The notes: generated by a model from the sequence alone, not told the origin. Shown: positions 36,184 through 46,677, numbered from the stretch's first letter. The stretch is 64,000 nt of DNA from Acidobacteriota bacterium (GCA_963664705.1 OY761556.1:6464001-6528000); one strand, 5' to 3'. Numbers and translations are program-made.

Positions 36184-38696
36184 ACTTCTCTCTCCTGCAG
36201 TTTGGATTGTTGAATGAGATAGGGTTCGAGAATCGCCAGGCGCTCTTCCGTATTCCGGCAATGGCCTGTCAACCGCACTAATTCGTCGATCGCCTGGCGC
36301 ACATTTCCGCTATAACGCTCTTTCATTTTCTTTTTGATGGTTCGTTCGCGGGCGTCCGTGCTGGCAAGCCAGTAGGTGTGGGGATCGGCCACGGTCCGCA
36401 GAATTCTCCGCAGACCAGCGGCCGACCAGTAGAGGACTTCGTATCGCGAAGGATCGAGCTGTTTGTACTGCTCGATATGATATTCGGTGAGATTTAAGGC
36501 GCGGAAGGAATCTTCGACTTTCTTTTGTCCGCCGAAGAAGAAGGCCTGCATAAGATTTGTAATGATCGCCTTTGACCAGGGCTGTTCCGGACTGTCGAGG
36601 TCAGCGAGCGATTGAGTGATCAGATCCAGCATGATGTTCCAATGCCGGCCAGTTCGGGCAAGCAGCGTAATCCAGTAGGAGAATGCGGGATCGGTGATGT
36701 AGCGATGCGCTTCATCCAGGACGAAACGCTTCTCAACGCTTCGCAGGTTTTCATCCGCAATGTCGCGGTAGACCTTTGAGAAGATTACGTAGACGATGGC
36801 CGTCATGAGTTCCGGCTCACCATCCAAATCTCGTAAATCAAAGTAGCAATATCGGGCGCTTTGAAGCGTGTCTCTGCCTGTATTGAAAAGTTCTCCACGG
36901 CGGCCTACGGTCCAAAGACTGAAAGCGCTAGCCAGGTCCTTATTCTGAACCTCCATCTCCATAATATTTGCGAGCAACGTTATCGGAGGTATCGGCTTGC
37001 GGTCGCCATGCTCCGATTGATTGCGAAGTAGGATACGGTAGGAGTTGAAGAATTCCGTCAGCCCCTTGCGCATTGCCATCTCGTTGGGCGGATTTACCAG
37101 CGCCGGGCCTGCCATTAATTTCACCATCCCCATGCAGAATTCAAATTGCTCATCCGTGACCGGCAGTGTGGGATCTGAAATTTGAAAGGGATTGAACTGG
37201 AAATTACTTTCTCGTTTGGAAACACGCATGATTGCCGTCTGGGAAGGCAGTTCTTCCCGCAGCAGCTCGAACAAATCCAAATAGGAGGCGGATAGATCCA
37301 CAACCCAAATCATGGGATTGACCACCAGGTGGGAGAGAAGGTCTTTGATGACGAAAAAGCTCTTTCCGCCCGAGGTAGGTCCACAAATTGCGCGATGATG
37401 TGCTTTTAGTTGACTTGTAAAGGGATTGTAGGAATAGACGCCCTGGAGCCGATCCTGGAGATAATCGACCGGATCCTTGTCACCCTGATACAGCACGTAT
37501 GCGCTAAGCAGATCGCCAACATTGGCGGTCCCAAGCAACGATTTACGAAGGTAGAACCGGTCATGCCCAGGCAGCATTGAAAAAAAAGCTGCTTTGAGAT
37601 TGCGCTTTTCGGTAATCCCAAAGGAACCGATTTCTTTGAGCAATGAAATCACTTCTGCACGCCGATTGCGCAGCGTCTCTTTATCCTCTGCACGGACCGC
37701 AACTGAGAAATGCCACCAGACCGGGAGCTCTTTTTCGTTGTCGATTCGGGTTCGGAATGATTGGACTTCTTCCACATATTTGAGATTTTTGGGATCCATC
37801 GTCGAGAGCGCAGTCGCGATCGGCAGATTGAAATCCTGCTCTTTAAATAGCTGTTGTTTGTTTGCAAACCCGATCGACTGCCGAAGGATCAGAGGAAATC
37901 CCAGCTCATAAAAACGACGGAGATACATGGCGACCGAACTTGGCGGAGGGTATTTCATGCCGATGATCGAAATGTATTGGCTGTTATTAATGACCAGGTG
38001 TTCTTCGGTTGGCCGAAAAACGTAGCTGCTTTGTGCAAGCTGGGCATTAAGGGAAAGATCGGGGCGATATGCCGGAGCCGGCGAGAAATTGATAAGCTCA
38101 TAGAGAGCTTCAAATGATTGCTCCCGATCAAGGATGCGGAATCCAAAACGGCCCAAACCACTGGAAAGCGAAAAGACGCCCTGTTCAATTTGTTTGATGC
38201 ACTCTTTGAGCTGATCGCGGTAAAAGCGGAGAATCTTGGCTTCCTGAATGAGCATTCCCCAATTGGGATCTTTCTTCTTTGGAGGAAAATAGCGCAAACC
38301 GCAGAGAATCCGATTCCCGAAGCTTTTTGAGATCAGATCATCCCAGAAGTCCTGCTTTTTTGATTGAACGAACTGGATAAGCGGCGGCGCATTGGGATTC
38401 TTTTTAAGCGGCAACGGGTGAGGCGTGTCCCGTATCAGGAGGTTCGATAGCATGAAGCCCGCTCCTTCTTCCGGCAGTTGCTCCATTGCCGAGCGGGCAA
38501 AATGTGAAAATTGTTCCTTCACATCCTCTGCCAGCCCTTCATAATCAAGGCCCAAGAGCTGGAATAGGACGAGCAGTGAACCATCCTTCATCAAAATGAT
38601 AGGCAGCTCATTGTTAAGAAAATCAACGTAGAGCAGAGCGTTTTCGAGCTTCTGCTCCTGCCGGTTCACGTTTCGCAGCAGATCGCGATACCGCAT
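36180..38696 (-). CDS. virB4: VirB4 ATPase
   Basis: GPTSGGKS Walker A, LDEAH Walker B, ITQS. Confidence 0.9.
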   Translation of the reverse strand: MRYRDLLRNVNRQEQKLENALLYVDFLNNELPIILMKDGSLLVLFQLLGLDYEGLAEDVKEQFSHFARSAMEQLPEEGAGFMLSNLLIRDTPHPLPLKKNPNAPPLIQFVQSKKQDFWDDLISKSFGNRILCGLRYFPPKKKDPNWGMLIQEAKILRFYRDQLKECIKQIEQGVFSLSSGLGRFGFRILDREQSFEALYELINFSPAPAYRPDLSLNAQLAQSSYVFRPTEEHLVINNSQYISIIGMKYPPPSSVAMYLRRFYELGFPLILRQSIGFANKQQLFKEQDFNLPIATALSTMDPKNLKYVEEVQSFRTRIDNEKELPVWWHFSVAVRAEDKETLRNRRAEVISLLKEIGSFGITEKRNLKAAFFSMLPGHDRFYLRKSLLGTANVGDLLSAYVLYQGDKDPVDYLQDRLQGVYSYNPFTSQLKAHHRAICGPTSGGKSFFVIKDLLSHLVVNPMIWVVDLSASYLDLFELLREELPSQTAIMRVSKRESNFQFNPFQISDPTLPVTDEQFEFCMGMVKLMAGPALVNPPNEMAMRKGLTEFFNSYRILLRNQSEHGDRKPIPPITLLANIMEMEVQNKDLASAFSLWTVGRRGELFNTGRDTLQSARYCYFDLRDLDGEPELMTAIVYVIFSKVYRDIADENLRSVEKRFVLDEAHRYITDPAFSYWITLLARTGRHWNIMLDLITQSLADLDSPEQPWSKAIITNLMQAFFFGGQKKVEDSFRALNLTEYHIEQYKQLDPSRYEVLYWSAAGLRRILRTVADPHTYWLASTDARERTIKKKMKERYSGNVRQAIDELVRLTGHCRNTEERLAILEPYLIQQSKLQEREV

Positions 38697-39018
38697 TGAC
38701 AGCCTCCTGGTTTAAAAACTGAATGCGCTGGAGAGAAAGCGATTGAGAGTTCAGGTTCGCCTTTAGGAAGCAGGCGGAATCCTTTTCAAGATGGTCTGTG
38801 TTATCAAGCCAGAAGCAGATTGCGAATATTACTCCGGTGACCGTGATGCCCAACCCGATCACCATCACCTTCACAACCGTGTTGGCTCCTGAAGTGAGTG
38901 AGAAGCCCACTGTGGTGAAAAGCAACCCGGCACCCAGCGTGGCGAACAGCTTGACATAGGTAATTCCCCACACTTTGGGGATATGCTGAATGTTCCGGAA
39001 AATGTCTCTTTCTTTCAT
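38623..39018 (-). CDS. VirB3-like membrane protein
   Basis: Two TM segments; directly upstream of virB4. Confidence 0.65.
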   Translation of the reverse strand: MKERDIFRNIQHIPKVWGITYVKLFATLGAGLLFTTVGFSLTSGANTVVKVMVIGLGITVTGVIFAICFWLDNTDHLEKDSACFLKANLNSQSLSLQRIQFLNQEAVNAVSRSAAKREPAGAEARKRSALR

Positions 39019-39075
39019 GGTCTTTACCGATAAATTGCAGGCGCTCAGCCAGGCTGAGCGCCATGGCAGGAATTC

Positions 39076-39390
39076 TCAAACGATGAACGTGTTTGCCAAA
39101 AAGCCGAGGACTATCCCGACGATTGCAAAGATGAGCGATGTCATAGAGTCGTTATCACCCTGGCTGAGTTTGTAGGCAGTGCGGCCCAGTCCCACGAGGC
39201 CGACCAAACCGGCAACCAATGTACCGGCGGCAATTGCGATCGTGCGGATATCGGTAACCGCTCCCTGGAATGTGGGAGCAACCGACTGCTGGGCGTGAAG
39301 CAGGCAGGGCTGACCAGCCAACCAACCTGCGATGATTACAAACGAGGCTTTTAGGATCTTTCGTAGTCGCGATATTCTTAGTTGCTTCAT
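39076..39390 (-). CDS. VirB2/TrbC-like pilin
   Basis: Long signal peptide plus two hydrophobic helices, 104 aa. Confidence 0.7.
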   Translation of the reverse strand: MKQLRISRLRKILKASFVIIAGWLAGQPCLLHAQQSVAPTFQGAVTDIRTIAIAAGTLVAGLVGLVGLGRTAYKLSQGDNDSMTSLIFAIVGIVLGFLANTFIV

Positions 39391-39433
39391 TTATTGAGCT
39401 CCTTTTTTGCTCGGAAAGGTCATGGATGACCGC

Positions 39434-39541
39434 CTATTGACTGTTTTCTTTCCGTTTCTTGAAAAACCAGAATCCGATTCCGCCGGCTGCTACAATCAGC
39501 GCAACAAAGAACCAGTTCATTGCTTGCTGAAACGTTTCCAT
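39434..39541 (-). CDS. 35-aa single-TM small protein
   Basis: METFQQAMNWFFVALIVAAGGIGFWFFKKRKENSQ with a strong aggag RBS. Confidence 0.6.
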   Translation of the reverse strand: METFQQAMNWFFVALIVAAGGIGFWFFKKRKENSQ

Positions 39542-39644
39542 TTGATATCTCCTATTAAGGTTTGAGTCGATCCGGGCAAAGTTTTTCCTCCTACATTGCC
39601 CGTGGTAAGAGCGATGCAAAATGCTATAATTCACCCTGCAACTA

Positions 39645-39676
39645 GAAGAGTCACGAAACGCCAAAAAACTTATAAA
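39645..39676 (-). promoter_or_regulatory. Conserved ICE promoter motif copy 2 upstream of the virB2-B10 operon
   Basis: Reverse complement tttataagttttttggcgtttcgtgactcttc; 30/32 identical to the core of copy 3. Confidence 0.75.
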
Positions 39677-39731
39677 CTTTTTTCATTTTTTTGCTTTTTT
39701 TGCCAAAGGCTCCCCAAAATGGAGGGTTCAT

Positions 39732-40580
39732 ATGAGGGCCAGCGAAAAGGAATGCGCGTCGGCGGGAAACGATTTTGATGAACAAATCAGTGAGCTGATG
39801 GAAGAGCTAAAGCCTTTACTGGTCGAACATGGCGTGGATTTGGCAGCGTTGTCGGATGCAGGCAAAGAAGCTCTGCTCGAAATAGATAGAAATAATATAG
39901 GGAACTCTTCAGAACAGCTTCGCTCGTATTTTTTAGAACTGGTCTTATGGAACCTCTTTGCCAGTGGAAGCTCGCTTTGGATCAATTCCAGAACCACGGC
40001 TGGAAACATGGTCCCGTTGGAAATAATGACAATGGCATACGTGCTGTGGAAAGATGGCGTGTACCTGGCCGAGCATTACGGTGTGGATTCGGCAGTTGCA
40101 GCGGAAATCATGGCGCTGGTTACACACAAAGCAGCGGACAGGGTAATCAATTATGATGACGATCCTGAAAACGAACCTGTTCGAGACATCAAAAAATATG
40201 TTTTTACAGCATTCAGGTATGCCATTTACATGGTTGCCAAAAAACAGTCCTTACCTGCAAAGGATTTTCTTGAAATGAATAGTTTGAGCACGAATTGGGA
40301 GTCGGGGCTAAGCGGAGTAGAGAAACAGATATTCTGCGAAGAGCTGGTGAAAGCCATGCCTCCGAAGGCTCAAAAGATTTTCATGTCCTATCATGTTTCT
40401 CAATATAGTTGGAAAGAGACGGCTAAGGGATTGAGCCTGACAGTTGGTGCCGCCCAGAGAATTCTTAGCGATGCGATGATAAAGACATTTGGGATCCGGA
40501 TGCAGGAATTGCGAAGGATAGGCTTTCAACAGGTGACCGAAATTGAGAACTACCTGAAGAAAAAGCAGCGGATTCATTAA
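39732..40580 (+). CDS. Divergent ECF-type RNA polymerase sigma factor with N-terminal extension
   Basis: Region-2-like AAEIMALV...VRDIKKYVFTAFR; region-4 HTH AMPPKAQKIF...YSWKETAKGLSLTVGAAQRIL; followed by an anti-sigma. Confidence 0.75.
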   Translation: MRASEKECASAGNDFDEQISELMEELKPLLVEHGVDLAALSDAGKEALLEIDRNNIGNSSEQLRSYFLELVLWNLFASGSSLWINSRTTAGNMVPLEIMTMAYVLWKDGVYLAEHYGVDSAVAAEIMALVTHKAADRVINYDDDPENEPVRDIKKYVFTAFRYAIYMVAKKQSLPAKDFLEMNSLSTNWESGLSGVEKQIFCEELVKAMPPKAQKIFMSYHVSQYSWKETAKGLSLTVGAAQRILSDAMIKTFGIRMQELRRIGFQQVTEIENYLKKKQRIH

Positions 40581-40599
40581 TACAGAAGTAGAGATTTTC

Positions 40600-41355
40600 A
40601 TGACGAAGAGCGAAGAAGAACTGCGGGTTGAAATCCTGAAAAAAGCCTATATGACGGTCAATCCAAATCCGGAGCGCAAGGGTTGTCCCGAGCCCAAAGT
40701 GCTTCGAGATGTCGCCTATCACCGAAACATCGGCACACCGGAGCAGTTTGAAGCGATCATGGATCACCTCACAAAATGCTCTGCCTGCGTGCGTGATCAC
40801 ATGGCATTTGTTGAAGAGTACCAGGAAAAGAAAAAGCGAAATCAGCAAATGAAGCGATCTTTGCTGGGACTCGTGGCAGTACTGGTGATTTCGCTGGCAA
40901 TTTGGGCTGTCTGGCGCATTCGACCAAGACAAGAGATTGCCGTCAATCCTCCGAAACCACAGCATCAGGAATCCGGGAATCCAGTTTCACCCGATACTGG
41001 CAATCATAAAAACAATCCTCCCCAAATCGCCCAGCTGGAATCCGTCACGATTGAGATCCCCGCAAAACTGAGAGGCTCAGCCGAAACTGGGAATCCCATT
41101 GTCCTCAGCAGAGGGAAGCTGAATGCCGAATTCCGAATGCCAATCGGCAGCCCTGAAGGAAAATATAAGCTGCGGATTTCGGACATTTCCGGCAAAGCGC
41201 TTTGGACTGTGGAGAGAACTGCCTCAAAGGTGAATGGAATTACTGGCTTCAGATCGCCTTTGGATACTTCAAATTTACCATTTGGTGATTACAAACTCAG
41301 CATCCAAGAGCCTGGTTTTGCGGAATGGACGGATTATCCGCTCATAATAAAATAG
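40600..41355 (+). CDS. Zinc-binding (ZAS, HxxxCxxC) transmembrane anti-sigma factor
   Basis: PNPERKGCP...DHLTKCSAC, one TM, extracytoplasmic beta-rich domain. Confidence 0.78.
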   Translation: MTKSEEELRVEILKKAYMTVNPNPERKGCPEPKVLRDVAYHRNIGTPEQFEAIMDHLTKCSACVRDHMAFVEEYQEKKKRNQQMKRSLLGLVAVLVISLAIWAVWRIRPRQEIAVNPPKPQHQESGNPVSPDTGNHKNNPPQIAQLESVTIEIPAKLRGSAETGNPIVLSRGKLNAEFRMPIGSPEGKYKLRISDISGKALWTVERTASKVNGITGFRSPLDTSNLPFGDYKLSIQEPGFAEWTDYPLIIK

Positions 41356-41658
41356 ATTCCACTCACTGTTTTTAAGCCGCAGAATTTCACTTTAGAGTTT
41401 TACAGGCTATTCTGTAATTACGGGCTCCTGCCCAATTACCTGATAAGAATCCGCAATATCGAAGCTGCTGTAAATGGCCTTCGTGTCCATCGTTGTGATT
41501 CAAGGCTCAATAGCTGCGTTCAAATATCAACCTCTCAAGCTGCAGATTGTGAGGAACAAGGTTCCCATAGGCCTAGCTGTCTCAAATATTTGCACTTTTC
41601 GCTTGACAAACGTCTCATATATGTCGATTATCATCTCATGTATAGCGATAATCGTTTC

Positions 41659-42798
41659 ATGAATGAGTTATTTCGTATCGTAAAAGGCGCTCTTCGTCTC
41701 GATATTGAGAAAGTAAGGAATTACACCGCATTTTTGGCAGACAAGCTAGAAAAAGCAGGCGACGCATCTTCGGCAGGCAGACTGCGAAAGCTTCTCCAGG
41801 AAGAAGACCATCAACTCAGGCCAGCTGAAACGGCTTTCGCTGTTGCTCTCCCAGTCGATTCTGAGAGTCGATTCCCACTTCTTGAGCGAGTCGACCTCAA
41901 AGCTCTCCACGAACCCCCTGTGGTTTTGACGGAAGACCAGTGGGCTACTGCGTACGAGTTTCTCAGCATTGCCAAGAGTCACGCCCAGCTTGATGCCCAG
42001 GGCGTCACTGCCACTGTGAATCTACTGATGTATGGGCCTCCAGGATGCGGGAAGAGTCGCCTTGCACGTTTCTTTGCCCAAGAGCTTGGGCTCAGTCTCT
42101 ATATGGCCCGTCTGGATGGGCTGATTTCGTCATATCTTGGAAGCACAGCAAAAAACATTCGTGCCATATTCGATTTTGCTTCCAAAAATCCATGCGTTCT
42201 ATTTCTCGATGAGTTCGATGCTATTGCCAAGCTTCGTGCTGACTCTCAGGAACTTGGTGAACTTAAGCGTGTCGTTAACAGCTTCATACAGAACTTAGAT
42301 GCCCTCGGAGCACAATCAATAATTATTGCTGCCACAAATCATGAGTCACTTCTCGATTCTGCCGTGTGGCGGCGCTTTAGCTACCGCCTGCACCTTACCT
42401 ATCCCACGCCAGATCTGCGAGAGAAGATGTGGATTCAATTTCTCGCTCCACTCGAATTTCCACCACACGATATTGAACTTCTTGTGGATCTCTCAGAGGG
42501 TTTTTCGGGATCTGATATCCAGGAGATTTCCTTAAGGCTTCACCGGCGGCACATAACCACCAAAACTCATCCAGAGCTTAAAGACGCATTTCAGGTTCTA
42601 AAAAACATTGCCATCGGAGAAGGGGAGGACCGCAGGTTCGTCTCTCGTCTCAAAGATATGGATCCCCGTATAGTCGCTTCTGCTTTACGCGAGCGTAACC
42701 CCAAGCTCTATAGCCATTCATCGCTTGCCCATTTGTTTGGCGTTTCCAAAGCAACTGCCCATCGATGGGCGTTGAAAGGAGTGACTGACCATGCCTGA
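41659..42798 (+). CDS. ietA: IetA-like AAA+ ATPase with C-terminal HTH
   Basis: GPPGCGKS, FLDEFD, AATN, WRRF; C-terminal SLAHLFGVSKATAHRW; overlaps the S8 protease gene. Confidence 0.82.
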   Translation: MNELFRIVKGALRLDIEKVRNYTAFLADKLEKAGDASSAGRLRKLLQEEDHQLRPAETAFAVALPVDSESRFPLLERVDLKALHEPPVVLTEDQWATAYEFLSIAKSHAQLDAQGVTATVNLLMYGPPGCGKSRLARFFAQELGLSLYMARLDGLISSYLGSTAKNIRAIFDFASKNPCVLFLDEFDAIAKLRADSQELGELKRVVNSFIQNLDALGAQSIIIAATNHESLLDSAVWRRFSYRLHLTYPTPDLREKMWIQFLAPLEFPPHDIELLVDLSEGFSGSDIQEISLRLHRRHITTKTHPELKDAFQVLKNIAIGEGEDRRFVSRLKDMDPRIVASALRERNPKLYSHSSLAHLFGVSKATAHRWALKGVTDHA

Positions 42799-45142
42799 CA
42801 ATTCCGAACGAAAGGATATCTTTCGATCCCGTGATCGACTTCCTATCAAGTTGATTTTGCCTAAACAGGGGCGGGAACGAAAAGTTCCTGGGGGCGGGGG
42901 GCCTGCCAAGCCCTTTCGTTCGGTGGACACTGCGTACAGAAGACGACTCCATAGCCAGGTTACGGCCATTCGGGATGCTATCCTGCCGCAGGCTTCCAAA
43001 ATAGGCAGCATCCCGATCCGCGTTAGGCTTCTCTCAAAAGCCGTGGCCAAGAGCCACCGTCCTGAACACCTTTTTTCGCGCGACTCTTGCCCCATAATCG
43101 GCTCTGGCCATCTTGGCGAGCTATTTCTCAAGGCCTCACCAGATGGACTGGAAAAGCTTGCTTCCACCATTCACCGCAATCAAACCGATCAAACAATAAA
43201 GGAACTCTCCAGCATCGAATCGATAGAGCCCATTACTCCAGTTTTTCGGCGTCACGGGGTTCAATCCATCGACATCCTAAAAAAGAGCCCACGCAGCGAA
43301 AAGGGATTTTTCACCAGAGTCAGATTGTTTGATTTCGGCCCTGATGATGACCAAGCAAAGCTCGTTGATGACTTCCACGCCGCATGTCGACGGCAACACC
43401 TTTCCATTAGCCAGGAAGGGTACGAACCGAGCAGCCAAATATATCAGGTGGAATGCCGCTCGGAAGCGGATGTTGAACAGCTTTCCGGTATTATCGGTAT
43501 CCGCTCGATAACTCAGATGCCACTTATTCGCATGATTCGCCCACGCGTTTTGAATGCACGCCCTCTGCCTACAAGGCTTCCCATCGCCGGCGATGTGGAC
43601 GGAGATTTTCCCGTTGTTGTTGTTGTCGACAGTGGTGTTACGGATAAAAATTCCGAGCTTCAAACATGGATTGTCGGCCGCAAATCCGACGTTTCTCCGC
43701 AATATCGGAACACGGATCACGGTACCTTCGTCGCTGGTCTTATCTGTTGGGGCTCGCAGCTCAATCCTGACCTGGCCGGAATTGATTCCAATCCCTGCGG
43801 CGTTTTTGACCTTCAGGTAATTCCAAACGGCGACCCAAGCCGGGGCGATACTGACGACCTAATTGAAAGCGAATTTCTCCAGTCCCTTGAGTCTGCACTA
43901 AAACAATATGCCAACAAATATCGTGTTTGGAACCTCTCTTTAGGCTCCGATCAAGTTTGCTCGCTAGACGAATTTTCCCCTCTCGCCGAGCAACTTGATC
44001 ATCTTCAGGAAAAGTATCGAGTCTCCTTTGTCATAAGCGCCGGAAATTACGATACGCTTCCGCTCTTGGATTATCCACGAACGCTTCAGCAGCTTGACGT
44101 CGGTCGAATTACTTCTCCAGCCGACAGCGTCCTTGGAATTACAGTAGGCTCAGTCTCCCACATTGACTATAAAGCTCACGGACCCCGCCAGCATCATCCT
44201 TCTCCTTTTTCGCGGCATGGGGCAGGCCCAAATCACATAATTAAGCCTGACCTGATCCATTACGGAGGAACCTGCACTGTTGATGCCTCTCATACTTCCG
44301 GAATCCGCTCCGTTAACGCGAAAAGTTCTGCTGAGGATCTCGGTACTAGCTTTGCAGCTCCACTAATTTCCCGCACGCTTGCTCAGATCTATCATCAGGT
44401 CACTCCGACTCCATCACCCGTACTTGCCCGCGCACTTCTTACGCATCACGCCCGCGACCCCCGAACTGGAGACCGCGTGCCCGATGGAGACGAGAACTTT
44501 TTCGGCTTTGGCCTTCCGGCTACAGTTCCATACTGCCTTGAGTGCAGTCCGCACTCCTCTACGCTAATCTTTGAAGATACCTTGAGGCCTGGCTACTACC
44601 TAGAATGGGATGATTTCCCGTATCCCGCCGCTCTCCATCGTGAAGGACGCTACTACGGCCAGGTTTGGATGACTGTAGCCCTTGCTCCATCACGGGGGGG
44701 CCGTTGGGGGACTGAGTATTGTGAGACGCATATCGATGCGCACTTCGGCGTCTACGCTTCCAAGACGTCTCGACAGACGGGCGATGTGTCCGTACAATTC
44801 AACGGCCTGGTTCCCCCAGAGCATAAAAATCCAGGACTACTTTATGAATCATATCAGGTTGAGAAGTTGCGAAAGTGGGCACCAGTGCGTACATATTTTG
44901 GTGATCTAGGCGAACGTGGAAAACGCGGACTTCGCTGGCGTCTCAAGGTTCAGCTTCTCACACGTCACGGAATTGAAGATCAGGAAGCTTTTAAGCCACA
45001 GCCGTTTTCTCTCATTCTGACGATTGCAGACCCGCTGAAAAAGGCACCGGTCTATGATCAGATGGCGCAAACCGTTCACAACCGGTTCCAAGCTCAAAAC
45101 ATCGTAGTGCGTGCTGCATCTCGGATACGTACGCGTACTTAG
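42791..45142 (+). CDS. ietS: IetS-like S8 subtilase
   Basis: Catalytic triad VDSG, HGTFVAG, GTSFAAP; NLSLG and SAGN motifs. Confidence 0.85.
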   Translation: MPDNSERKDIFRSRDRLPIKLILPKQGRERKVPGGGGPAKPFRSVDTAYRRRLHSQVTAIRDAILPQASKIGSIPIRVRLLSKAVAKSHRPEHLFSRDSCPIIGSGHLGELFLKASPDGLEKLASTIHRNQTDQTIKELSSIESIEPITPVFRRHGVQSIDILKKSPRSEKGFFTRVRLFDFGPDDDQAKLVDDFHAACRRQHLSISQEGYEPSSQIYQVECRSEADVEQLSGIIGIRSITQMPLIRMIRPRVLNARPLPTRLPIAGDVDGDFPVVVVVDSGVTDKNSELQTWIVGRKSDVSPQYRNTDHGTFVAGLICWGSQLNPDLAGIDSNPCGVFDLQVIPNGDPSRGDTDDLIESEFLQSLESALKQYANKYRVWNLSLGSDQVCSLDEFSPLAEQLDHLQEKYRVSFVISAGNYDTLPLLDYPRTLQQLDVGRITSPADSVLGITVGSVSHIDYKAHGPRQHHPSPFSRHGAGPNHIIKPDLIHYGGTCTVDASHTSGIRSVNAKSSAEDLGTSFAAPLISRTLAQIYHQVTPTPSPVLARALLTHHARDPRTGDRVPDGDENFFGFGLPATVPYCLECSPHSSTLIFEDTLRPGYYLEWDDFPYPAALHREGRYYGQVWMTVALAPSRGGRWGTEYCETHIDAHFGVYASKTSRQTGDVSVQFNGLVPPEHKNPGLLYESYQVEKLRKWAPVRTYFGDLGERGKRGLRWRLKVQLLTRHGIEDQEAFKPQPFSLILTIADPLKKAPVYDQMAQTVHNRFQAQNIVVRAASRIRTRT

Positions 45143-45274
45143 TAAGCAGCGAAATCATGAACCCTCGCTTCACATAATTGGTTTTTGTTTGATTAGAGTG
45201 TTGAGGCAACCAACAGCAGCCAAGTTCGAAGTTTTATACTTCTAAGCAAGCCCAGCAAAAGCCCCCGAGCAGTC

Positions 45275-46174
45275 TCATATGGAGACCATGATTGATTTCA
45301 ACTCACTTTCGGGGAATATGAGAGCGAACACCTGATAGGTGCTGTCAAAGGCCTCTAGGTATAAGGTCTCTGAGATCTCAGTGATGGGCGATTCAATTCG
45401 ACAGCGCTTCGTCAGCTTTTTATTGAATTGAGGAAGCCTGTTTCCTAGCGGATCTCGGCTATAGAACGCATCTGGCCATTTAACTATTCCGAAACGATCG
45501 AGGAATCTTTGGGATGCGACCACGCGGCGCAGTTCAAATCGATTTCCACGGCTAACTTCATGCACAGGCTCATCGAAGATTAGCACCGCACAGCAGCGGT
45601 GACTGGTCGAAACGAAGCGTCGCATGGCCGCATATACTGAAGATCCGTACCTTTTCGCAAGATCCATTGGAGTCTTAATCGCAAACGGGAGCACTTTTGC
45701 ATCTTTCTCAAACCGGTCAATCTGGAAGAGCACTTCAGATGCGAATACTCCCGCTTGTCGCTCAAACTCCTGTTTCACCTCTGGATCAAGTTCGGCCTCA
45801 CCATCCTCAACAAGCGCATATGCATCTCTTTGCCAGGGTAAGAATCCGTGCCCTGTTTCGTGGAGGGATACAAATCGTCGTTTTTGTTCTTTAACGCTTA
45901 GATCAAGGTAAATTATTTTATCCTGAGAATCGAATAATCCGAGAACTTTGTCCAATGCTTTTTTAATGGTTCCGGTAACAGCGCCGTAAGCCCTCTTCAG
46001 GAATCCTTCATCAAGAGAGGCCCCTGCAACAGAAAGTTCTGCCGCCGCGATGATTTTCTCTACGGGCGTTGGAAACTGGTCGCATGCACCCGCTTGCCTC
46101 AGCAAGCGGGCGGCATGTTTCCGAATCTCCGTATGCATTTCAGGGGGGACAGAACAGTCATCGGCTTTACTCAT
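45275..46174 (-). CDS. ImmA/IrrE-family metallopeptidase (CapP-like)
   Basis: RRFVSLHETGH and ERQA motifs; downstream of the HTH gene. Confidence 0.82.
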   Translation of the reverse strand: MSKADDCSVPPEMHTEIRKHAARLLRQAGACDQFPTPVEKIIAAAELSVAGASLDEGFLKRAYGAVTGTIKKALDKVLGLFDSQDKIIYLDLSVKEQKRRFVSLHETGHGFLPWQRDAYALVEDGEAELDPEVKQEFERQAGVFASEVLFQIDRFEKDAKVLPFAIKTPMDLAKRYGSSVYAAMRRFVSTSHRCCAVLIFDEPVHEVSRGNRFELRRVVASQRFLDRFGIVKWPDAFYSRDPLGNRLPQFNKKLTKRCRIESPITEISETLYLEAFDSTYQVFALIFPESELKSIMVSI

Positions 46175-46568
46175 CTTTTCCTTTCCTTTGCTTAGAACGT
46201 AAGAAGGCAAGGTATTTCAGCAGTTCCTCTTCTTCTTCTCGGCTAAGAGGGCCGAGAGATGCCGGAACTACTGATCCCTTCAGCTGCAGCGAAGCTGCCC
46301 GCAATTTTGGCGATGCCTTTATGTATCCTGCCTTTTGCATCAGTACCTCATAGGGAACCTTATAGAATTCCGCTAACGCATGCAGGATGTGAGGCGACGG
46401 CTTGCTGATCTTATCGTTCTCCAATTGGCTTAGATATGCATTCGAGACCTCAGTGCCTTCCTCTACTTCCCGCAGTGTATGTTTTCGAGTTTGGCGTATG
46501 TTTCGAAGAAACTCACCGAGGCTTTGTCCAGCGCCTTCCGGCGATGCCAATTCATTTTTGCCGCTCAT
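46167..46568 (-). CDS. XRE-family HTH repressor (CapH-like)
   Basis: LREVEEGTEVSNAYLSQLEN; C-terminal YLAFLRS resembles the CapH cleavage region. Confidence 0.85.
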   Translation of the reverse strand: MSGKNELASPEGAGQSLGEFLRNIRQTRKHTLREVEEGTEVSNAYLSQLENDKISKPSPHILHALAEFYKVPYEVLMQKAGYIKASPKLRAASLQLKGSVVPASLGPLSREEEEELLKYLAFLRSKQRKGKDE

Positions 46569-46614
46569 TGCTTTCTCCTTTTTGGTTCTCCTTAGGGATT
46601 TATTTTAATAGCCT

Positions 46615-46677
46615 TTGCTAAAGTTAGCAAGCATTGCGTGCTGGTTGCTTGACATACTACGCAACGCGTAGTATATT
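46615..46677 (+). promoter_or_regulatory. Sigma70 promoter with overlapping palindromic operators
   Basis: TTGACA (46649-54)-17 bp-TATATT (46672-77); atactacgc-aac-gcgtagtat (46654-74); ttgctaa-ag-ttagcaa (46615-30). Confidence 0.75.
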
